Made by a program: the position numbers and the translations under genes
Notes under the pieces: generated by a model
Seen by the model: the letters and a program-made list of their open reading frames with translations, nothing else
Told to the model about the DNA's origin: nothing
Databases searched by the model: none
DNA from: an uncultured Gammaproteobacteria bacterium
GTDB lineage: Bacteria; Patescibacteriota; Patescibacteriia; Magasanikbacterales; JBBTQS01
Direction of reading: 5' to 3'
NCBI GenBank assembly: GCA_964627525.1
Contig: CAZVIA010000003.1
Span: forward strand, 21,367 to 85,366
DNA: 64,000 nt
Part shown: in pieces, positions 29,442 through 36,480 of the stretch
Numbering within the stretch: the first letter of the stretch is position 1
How the letters are laid out: every line of letters starts with the position of its first letter

Positions 29442-29690
29442 ATGGAATATCTCAAAGAATCAGACCATTTCAAAACCACAGACATGTCTTTGGTTTCGAC
29501 ATTAATTTACTTAGGTTATCAAATAACTGCAATTGATGATCACAATCCATCAAAAGTGCATTTTGTAATAAAGCGAGATGGTAAAACAGATGAGGTGATT
29601 CAGTCTTACTGGAATAAAGAATTATCTGTTGAGCCACTTGCTTTTTTTAATTGTATTAAAGAAGTAAAAACAAGAATACGTAATACATAA
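29442..29690 (+). CDS. DUF5659-like small protein
   Basis: FKTTD..L...L...G...F.....I..YW...L.VEP pattern, recognised from memory. Confidence 0.65.
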   Translation: MEYLKESDHFKTTDMSLVSTLIYLGYQITAIDDHNPSKVHFVIKRDGKTDEVIQSYWNKELSVEPLAFFNCIKEVKTRIRNT

Positions 29691-29693
29691 AGC

Positions 29694-29870
29694 ATGTTAT
29701 CAGAAAAGTCAATTCAGAAATTTCAAGAACTGTACAAAAAACAGTTTGGGATTGGTTTGTCTGAAAAAGAATCTCAAGAAAAAGCAATACAATTACTTGA
29801 GTTATTTAAAAAAGTTTACAAGCCAATAACAATTAGAAAAATTAGATTAAAATTATATGACAATAAATAA
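29694..29870 (+). CDS. 58-aa small helical protein, not in the ORF track
   Basis: MLSEKSIQKFQELYKKQFGIGLSEKESQEKAIQLLELFKKVYKP...; fills the gap in a tightly packed operon. Confidence 0.7.
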   Translation: MLSEKSIQKFQELYKKQFGIGLSEKESQEKAIQLLELFKKVYKPITIRKIRLKLYDNK

Positions 29871-31146
29871 ATTTGAACCTTTGGGTTCAGAAGAGCTTGT
29901 AAAAATACTAGGCACCACAATAAAGCAAGATGAGACAAACAAAGTTGTAACTTTCTTATGCCAGCTTTCTGCCTATGGAGCTGACAATCAATTTAATATT
30001 TCATTCAATGCACCTAGTAGTACTGGTAAGAGTTTTATCCCAACTGAGGTTGCAAGGCTTTTTCCAAAAGAAGATGTAGTTAAAATAGCTTATTGTTCTC
30101 CAACAGCTTTTTTCCACGACGTTGGTAGAGCAGATGAGAAATCAAAAGGTAAAATAATTGTTGATTTATCAAGAAAAATAATGATCTTTTTAGATCAGCC
30201 ACACATGCAACTATTAGAAAGGTTGAGACCATTACTTTCACATGATGAAAAGGAAATAAATATAAAAATTACAGATAAATCTCAGAAGCAGGGTCTGAGA
30301 ACCAAAAACGTAATTATCAGAGGTTATCCGTCCGTGATTTTTTGTACCGCAGGGCTACGAATCGACGAGCAAGAAGCCACACGTTTTCTTTTGCTCAGTC
30401 CAGAAATTAATGAAGAAAAAATACGCCAATCTATTGAAGAAACAATAAAGAAGGAAGAGGACGATGATTATTACAGAAAAGTCCTTGAAGGTGATCCAGA
30501 CAGGGTGTTGCTAATGGAGCGAATAGTTGCAATAAAAGAAATGGGGATTGAGAATATAAAACTACACAATGCGAGTTCTCTAAAAGAACAATACTTGTCA
30601 AAAAATAAAAAATTACTCCCAAGACATCAAAGAGACATAAAGCGTTTTATTTCAATTGTTAAGTGTTTTGCTTTGCTTAATTGTTGGTGGAGAAGTGTTG
30701 AGGGTAAGACAATATTAACAAGCGAGGATGATGTTAAGGAGGCTTTCAAAATTTGGGATGTGCTTTCAATTAGTCAGAGTCATAATTTACCACCATATAT
30801 ATTCCGTTTCTATAACGACGTGCTGATTACTGCGTGGGATGAGTTAGGTCTTAAAAACAAAGATGAGATGTTGGTTGATATAGACTCGAAGGGATTAACA
30901 ATGAAGCAAATATTAGATAAACATTATAAAGTTTATGGAAGAATGTTGGATGCATATCAATTAAGAACACAAATACTTCCGATGCTGGAAACTTCTGGCT
31001 TGATAATTCGTGAAAAAGATGAAAGTGATAAGCGTAAAAATCTGATTTGCCCGAGTTCTATTTATTTTCAACAAAACAGTGTTGTACTGGCTGATAATGA
31101 GGAAGAGATTGAAGAATGTAATTCATTAGATAATATAGTGTTTTAA
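29857..31146 (+). CDS. P-loop NTPase, primase/helicase-associated replication protein-like
   Basis: Walker A-like APSSTGKS, MIFLDQ, TRF arginine-finger-like motif; C-terminal wHTH-like segment. Confidence 0.65.
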   Translation: MTINKFEPLGSEELVKILGTTIKQDETNKVVTFLCQLSAYGADNQFNISFNAPSSTGKSFIPTEVARLFPKEDVVKIAYCSPTAFFHDVGRADEKSKGKIIVDLSRKIMIFLDQPHMQLLERLRPLLSHDEKEINIKITDKSQKQGLRTKNVIIRGYPSVIFCTAGLRIDEQEATRFLLLSPEINEEKIRQSIEETIKKEEDDDYYRKVLEGDPDRVLLMERIVAIKEMGIENIKLHNASSLKEQYLSKNKKLLPRHQRDIKRFISIVKCFALLNCWWRSVEGKTILTSEDDVKEAFKIWDVLSISQSHNLPPYIFRFYNDVLITAWDELGLKNKDEMLVDIDSKGLTMKQILDKHYKVYGRMLDAYQLRTQILPMLETSGLIIREKDESDKRKNLICPSSIYFQQNSVVLADNEEEIEECNSLDNIVF

Positions 31147-31149
31147 AGG

Positions 31150-31758
31150 GTGGGGTGTATGAAAAAACAATCAAAAGAATTAACAAAGTATTTAGATAAA
31201 AACGAGTTGAAAAAGGTGAAAAAGAAATTAATACACGCTGACATAGAATTCACCCCTAGACACGTTCTTAGTGATTTTGATATCAAACTAGAGAAGTACG
31301 AGAAAAGCACGGGAAAACAAAAAATAAAGGCTAAAAAAGCACTTCTGGAGTCGTTAGAGAGGGCTGTTTTTGTTGTGGGTTTGGATAATCATTTTCCATT
31401 AACAGAAATAATAAGTTCTGATAGAAACAGGGGGTTGATGGTTGATTTTGCTGACAGTCTTGTTGAAGAATATAAATGTAAAACATCTTATGAAAAAGCA
31501 TTGGTTCACTTAGTGGTTGGGTCGTATGCTAAATATTTAGAGTATTCAAAGTTTTTTAATACATGTAGAAAAATTGAGTATTTAACAAAAGAAAAAGTTG
31601 ACTATTACTCCATGATAGCCAAAGAAGCAGATAGGGCTCATCGTAGTTTTATTTCAGCACTTACTACATTACAACAAATTAAATCTCCACCAATAAAAGT
31701 AAGTGTTAAAGCCAATACAGCTTTTGTTGCTGAGAATCAGCAATTGAATAAGAACTAA
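31150..31758 (+). CDS. Hypothetical protein
   Basis: 202-aa ORF in the element operon. Confidence 0.7.
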   Translation: MGCMKKQSKELTKYLDKNELKKVKKKLIHADIEFTPRHVLSDFDIKLEKYEKSTGKQKIKAKKALLESLERAVFVVGLDNHFPLTEIISSDRNRGLMVDFADSLVEEYKCKTSYEKALVHLVVGSYAKYLEYSKFFNTCRKIEYLTKEKVDYYSMIAKEADRAHRSFISALTTLQQIKSPPIKVSVKANTAFVAENQQLNKN

Positions 31759-31759
31759 T

Positions 31760-32095
31760 ATGAAATCATTGTCTAACAATAATTCAGGAAAAAAATTATT
31801 AACTGATCAGTGTGAACAGATTAAGATTTCTGACGTTTTTAAACGTGTTAAAACAGGTTATATCAGGTGTTTGAAAGAAAAAATGGTGGTAAATGGTGGA
31901 AATATTAGTTTGAAAAAAAGTAGTGTAAACAATGGTGGGGTGCGTTATTGGTTCGCATGCCCCTTATGCGGTGTTAGATGTGGGATTTTGTACAAAAGTC
32001 CTTTAGGTGAAAATATTGGTTGTAGAAAGTGTTTAAATCTTGATTATAGATCTAGGAGATATAAAGGAATGATTGAAAATATAAAAATTAAGTAA
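31760..32095 (+). CDS. Zinc-ribbon protein
   Basis: RYWFACPLCG...LY...GCRKCLNL.Y.S. Confidence 0.7.
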   Translation: MKSLSNNNSGKKLLTDQCEQIKISDVFKRVKTGYIRCLKEKMVVNGGNISLKKSSVNNGGVRYWFACPLCGVRCGILYKSPLGENIGCRKCLNLDYRSRRYKGMIENIKIK

Positions 32096-32107
32096 TATAA
32101 TAAAAGT

Positions 32108-32213
32108 GCTTACCCAACTTATTAAATACACATGCCAGCTTGCTAATTGTAAAGGGTGGTTCTACCAGCAAGCGCTTTGTGTGTGAGTTGGGTAAGCTAG
32201 AACCATCCTTTTT
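32108..32213 (+). promoter_or_regulatory. Structured 5' leader of the recombinase (long hairpin + possible pseudoknot)
   Basis: GCTTACCCAACTT/GAGTTGGGTAAGC and GCTTGCT/AGCAAGC stems; loop AAAGGGTGGTTCTA complementary to downstream TAGAACCATCCTTT. Confidence 0.65.
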
Positions 32214-32224
32214 AGATTTGTTTT

Positions 32225-33832
32225 ATGAAAAAAGATAATAGTAAAACTTATTTCCTTTATGCACGAAAAAGCTCAGAGTCAGAAGATAGACAAATGCAAA
32301 GTATTGAAGATCAAACAGAGAAATTGGAAGAGCTAGCCAAGTTAAAAGGATTAAAAATCAAAGACATATTTACAGAAGCAAGATCAGCCAAAAAACCAGA
32401 CAATAGACCTGCTTTTACTGAAATGCTTGATAGGTTGAGTAAAGGCGAAGCTGATGGTATTTTGTGTTGGAAAATAAATCGTCTTACAAGGAATCCTATT
32501 GATAGCGGTAAGTTAAGTTGGATGCTGCAACAAGGAATTATTAAATCAATTCAAACTTATGATAGGGAATATTTACCAACTGATAATGTGATTCTTTTTA
32601 ATGTTGAGAGTGGAATGGCTAATCAATATATTTTAGATTTGAGCAAAGATGTAAAAAGAGGAATGGAAAAAAGAATAAGAAGTGGTTGGAAAAATGGACA
32701 AGCTAATATTGGTTATTTGAACCATAGAGATCCAATAGAAGGTTTAAAAACAATTATTAAAGACCCCGATCGTTTTGGTTTGGTGAGAAAAATGTGGGAC
32801 ATGATGCTAACAGGAAATCATTCTGTTTCAGATATTTTAGATATAGCAAACAATAAGTGGGGTTTTCGCACGAAAAGAACAAGAAAAAAAGGTGGGACAC
32901 CATTATCAAAAAGTACTCTTTATAAAATATTCAATAGTCAGTTTTATGCTGGGATTATTGAGCATAAAGAAGAAGTGATCATTGGTAAACATGATTCAAT
33001 GGTTACATTGGATGAATTTGACCGTGTTCAAGAATTACTAGGCAAAAAAGGGAAGCCAAGACCTAAAACACATAAGTTTCCATATACAGGCACAATAAGA
33101 TGTGGTGGTTGTGGTGCAATGATTACAGCAACAAAGAAAAGGAAGTATATAAAAGTTGATAATTGTTATAGGGAATATGTTTATTATCACTGCACAAAAC
33201 AAAGAAAGTATGTTAAATGCAATCAACCAAGTTTGAAAGTTGAAGAGTTGGAAGAACAAATAGATAAACAACTACAAAGTATTACTATTTTGCCAGAATT
33301 TAGAGATTGGGCTTTAGAAGCTCTTAATGAAATGAATGATCAAGAGATTCTTGATAGAGGTAAGATATATGAATCACAACATAAAACATTAGTACAAACA
33401 CAAAGAGAATTGGATAATCTAACTAAGATGAGATATAGAGATCTTATAGATGATGAAATGTATGTAAAAGAAAAAATAGATTTACAAAATAAAATTACAA
33501 AACTAGAAGTTTCGTTAAGAGATACAGAATCAAGAGCGAAAGAGTGGTTAGAATTAACTGAGAAGACTTTTGATTTTGCAACTTATGCAAGAGTTCATTT
33601 TAAAAACGGAGATTTAGAGACAAAAAAACAAATCCTTAGAACTATTGGAACTGAATACACACTAAGGGACAAAGTATTGGAAATTAAGCCAAAAGAATGG
33701 TTAGTGCCTATTAAAGAGGGTTATCCAGCACTTGAAGAAAAATATTACGCATTAGAACTGGATAAAACCCCTATAAATAAAGAACAAAACAAGGCTTTTG
33801 CCTTGCTTCGTTCACAATGGTTCGGGGACTAG
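32225..33832 (+). CDS. Large serine recombinase (resolvase + recombinase + Zn-ribbon/coiled-coil domains)
   Basis: YARKSSE catalytic Ser, NRLTRN, CGGCG...YYHC...C; last codons overlap the tRNA 3' end. Confidence 0.95.
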   Translation: MKKDNSKTYFLYARKSSESEDRQMQSIEDQTEKLEELAKLKGLKIKDIFTEARSAKKPDNRPAFTEMLDRLSKGEADGILCWKINRLTRNPIDSGKLSWMLQQGIIKSIQTYDREYLPTDNVILFNVESGMANQYILDLSKDVKRGMEKRIRSGWKNGQANIGYLNHRDPIEGLKTIIKDPDRFGLVRKMWDMMLTGNHSVSDILDIANNKWGFRTKRTRKKGGTPLSKSTLYKIFNSQFYAGIIEHKEEVIIGKHDSMVTLDEFDRVQELLGKKGKPRPKTHKFPYTGTIRCGGCGAMITATKKRKYIKVDNCYREYVYYHCTKQRKYVKCNQPSLKVEELEEQIDKQLQSITILPEFRDWALEALNEMNDQEILDRGKIYESQHKTLVQTQRELDNLTKMRYRDLIDDEMYVKEKIDLQNKITKLEVSLRDTESRAKEWLELTEKTFDFATYARVHFKNGDLETKKQILRTIGTEYTLRDKVLEIKPKEWLVPIKEGYPALEEKYYALELDKTPINKEQNKAFALLRSQWFGD

Positions 33833-33891
33833 GATTTGAACCTAGATTGGCGGTACCAGAAACCGCAGTCCTACCATTAGACGATCCCCGA
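33818..33891 (-). tRNA. tRNA-Gln(CTG)
   Basis: TCGGGGA/TCCCCGA acceptor stem, anticodon arm GCGGT-TTCTGGT-ACCGC, GGTTCAAATCC, encoded CCA. Confidence 0.95.
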
Positions 33892-33938
33892 GGTTGGGCG
33901 AAATTTGTTGAACAAATTTCGCCCATAAAACAAAATTT

Positions 33939-35642
33939 TTACATAACTTCACCACCAAAAGCTTCTGCTAGATCACTTAAGTCCTTCGGTGCTTCAGAAG
34001 GCTTTAAACCATCAGAAGGTCTCACAACAGCAGGTGAGGACGATCCAAAAGCTGTGGCAGTATCTTGTACCATACCATCTTTCACAACACAGTCAAGTTC
34101 AATTCTTTCGCCAAATAATTCTTTTAAAGCATCTTCAACACAGGCTTTGTTTTTTATTTCCTTAATTTTGTCAGCATGAAAAGAAAAAGGCAAATTCACA
34201 ATCAACTTACACCCTTCAATTTTTGCTGGTTCAGCCATTTTTAAAACAAAACTCAAAGAATTATTTTCTTTTTGTACTAAGCTTACACACTCACTCCAAC
34301 GCGATTTAATATCTTCAACAGATGATTTTATATCTCCATGAAAACTATGCACAATTTTTTCCTTAACTTCTTCAACAACTTCACCAACTTTTTCTTTAAT
34401 AGATGTTTTTTGTGCGAGAGGTTGGGGCTCGTTAGGTTTAGGTTCAGCTTTTACCTCTTGGGCATTGGTTTGAACGTCAGTAGTAGTCCTAGTATTAGCT
34501 TCAGTCCTAGTTTCAGCCCCAGCTACAACTTGGCCATCGTCACACAATTCAACAATCGCCATTTCCAACGGCAAATTTGGCAAAGGAGCGCTTGGTGTCT
34601 TAGTTCGCGCTTCTAAAAATTTACTTAAAATTTGTACAAAATTATTATTAGAAAATCCTACAGCCAACTTACGCATTTTATCCATAGTTTCTACATCATA
34701 AACACTCAACTCCTCATCATTTGCAGCATCAAATTTTATCAACATTGTTGTGCGCACTAAATCAATTAAGTGTGTACAAAAAACATAAAAATTTATAGCA
34801 ACATTATCTAATTCAAAAATAATTTTTAAACCTGTGCTTGCATTTTTTTCACTAACAGCTTCCAGAATTTTTACAGCTTCATCAGTAAAAAGTTTTGGCA
34901 AAATGTTTTCACAATCACTAACACTAATTTTTCCATCCTTAATACTTAAAACTTGCCCCAACAAACTTTCTGCATCACGCAAACATCCTTCAGACAAACC
35001 AGCTATGCGATTCAAAACTTTTTCATCAACTTCACGCGATTCATCTTTTAAAATCCTCAACATTTTTTCTTTAATCAAACCATGTCCAACTCGTCTAAAA
35101 GAATATTCTTCACAACGTGACCGAATAGTAGCTAATAATTTATGAGCTTCGGTTGTTGCTAAAATAAAAATCACATGTTCAGGTGGCTCTTCCAAAGTTT
35201 TTAACAAAGCATTAAAAGCACTTGTTGAAAGCATGTGCACTTCATCAATAATAAAAACTTTATACTTAGATGAAGTTGGCGCAAACTGAACATTATCAAT
35301 TACATATTCCCGCACTTTATCAACACCAGTATGACTTGCTGCGTCAATTTCAATAACATCAATAATTTGTCCGTTTTTATAAGCAATACATTGCGGACAT
35401 TTTTCACAAGGTTCAGCAGTGTCTGTTCCATCATCACCACTTTTACGATCAGTACAATTTACAGCTTTAGCTAACAACCGAGCGATTGTAGTTTTACCAA
35501 CACCTCTTGGTCCAGCAAACAAAAAACTGTGCGCCATGCTATTTTTTTTCAGCGCATTAGTTAAAGTTTGTACAATATGATCCTGCCCAATAATATCCCC
35601 CCAACGTTGTGGGCGGTATTTGCGGTATAAAACCGAACTCAT
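33939..35642 (-). CDS. dnaX: DNA polymerase III subunit gamma/tau
   Basis: LYRKYRP, GPRGVGKTT, IDAAS, DEVHML, SRC. Confidence 0.95.
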   Translation of the reverse strand: MSSVLYRKYRPQRWGDIIGQDHIVQTLTNALKKNSMAHSFLFAGPRGVGKTTIARLLAKAVNCTDRKSGDDGTDTAEPCEKCPQCIAYKNGQIIDVIEIDAASHTGVDKVREYVIDNVQFAPTSSKYKVFIIDEVHMLSTSAFNALLKTLEEPPEHVIFILATTEAHKLLATIRSRCEEYSFRRVGHGLIKEKMLRILKDESREVDEKVLNRIAGLSEGCLRDAESLLGQVLSIKDGKISVSDCENILPKLFTDEAVKILEAVSEKNASTGLKIIFELDNVAINFYVFCTHLIDLVRTTMLIKFDAANDEELSVYDVETMDKMRKLAVGFSNNNFVQILSKFLEARTKTPSAPLPNLPLEMAIVELCDDGQVVAGAETRTEANTRTTTDVQTNAQEVKAEPKPNEPQPLAQKTSIKEKVGEVVEEVKEKIVHSFHGDIKSSVEDIKSRWSECVSLVQKENNSLSFVLKMAEPAKIEGCKLIVNLPFSFHADKIKEIKNKACVEDALKELFGERIELDCVVKDGMVQDTATAFGSSSPAVVRPSDGLKPSEAPKDLSDLAEAFGGEVM

Positions 35643-35644
35643 AA

Positions 35645-36445
35645 TTATTCTTCGTTAATAAAATATTCAACCGCAGCCCATTTGCTTGGTGCGTCTTTTG
35701 GTGTTAAAACCACAACCTGCTGACCAGCTCTTCCTTTATGATAAGTAATAGCTGCAGTTAAAACTCGATACGGACTGTTCTCACATATTACACGATAAGT
35801 ACCATCTTCCTCAAGTACTAATTCTCCAACCCTGCGATCTCGTTCAATTGGCCCAATTTGTTTGAAAATCAACGTGCCGTTTATGGTTACTGTAACTTTT
35901 AATAAATCTCCCTCAACCAACTTGGATTTTGAAGCATAATTAGGTGGGATTGGATATGATTTTCCATCATGACCAACCATTCCTTCGCCATTAAAAACAC
36001 CTTCATGAATATCTGCAGAACTTTCTGTTGTTGTAAAAACAGGGGAGTGTGTTTTTGGAATTAAATTGTCTGGAGTGTCTGGCAATGGTGGGTTTGAAGA
36101 ATTTGAAAAATCCGAAATATTTGAAACTACTTGTTCGTTTTTTTCTCCTAAAACGGTTTTAAGTTTAAAAAGTAAATTTTCAATTTGTGAAATATAGTTG
36201 CCAACTGTTTGGGCTTGTGTTTGAGTTTGGTTGAGAGTTTCAGTCTTGATTGAAATAGACTCATCTAAAATCGCAGTTGGAGTTTCAGTCTCGGCTGAAA
36301 TAGGCACTGAAGTAACAAATTCATTTTCTTCTTGAGCTATTGTACTTGGAAGCCCAGTATCTTTTTCGGTTTGCCCAGATGCGTTTTCTTCTTCAGGCAT
36401 GATGTCATTAATATGCGATTGTAAAATATCGTTTATACCATTCAT
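35645..36445 (-). CDS. Conserved hypothetical protein
   Basis: C-terminal EGVFNGE.M...DGK.Y..P.NYASKSKLVEGD domain after a low-complexity N-terminus. Confidence 0.7.
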   Translation of the reverse strand: MNGINDILQSHINDIMPEEENASGQTEKDTGLPSTIAQEENEFVTSVPISAETETPTAILDESISIKTETLNQTQTQAQTVGNYISQIENLLFKLKTVLGEKNEQVVSNISDFSNSSNPPLPDTPDNLIPKTHSPVFTTTESSADIHEGVFNGEGMVGHDGKSYPIPPNYASKSKLVEGDLLKVTVTINGTLIFKQIGPIERDRRVGELVLEEDGTYRVICENSPYRVLTAAITYHKGRAGQQVVVLTPKDAPSKWAAVEYFINEE

Positions 36446-36480
36446 ATTTTTTTTGGTTTTATTAAAATTTGTTTTAAGTT

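Larger units (their letters stand above)
17152..33818. mobile_element. tRNA-Gln-anchored genomic island: att-delimited cassette array plus serine-recombinase element
   Basis: Six 36-bp direct repeats, an attL-like site at 25612, a large serine recombinase overlapping the tRNA 3' end, accessory cargo. Confidence 0.75.
25612..33822. mobile_element. ~8.2 kb integrative (satellite/IME-like) element inserted at the tRNA-Gln 3' end
   Basis: Serine recombinase, P-loop ATPase, DUF5659-like and Zn-ribbon genes, defence cargo; 7-bp core at both ends. Confidence 0.75.

Noticed and set aside
33817-34179. ORF-track proteins overlapping tRNAs (33817..34179, 53213..53476, 60946..61134, 61001..61192)
   Set aside because: Shadow translations of tRNA genes or antisense to real genes
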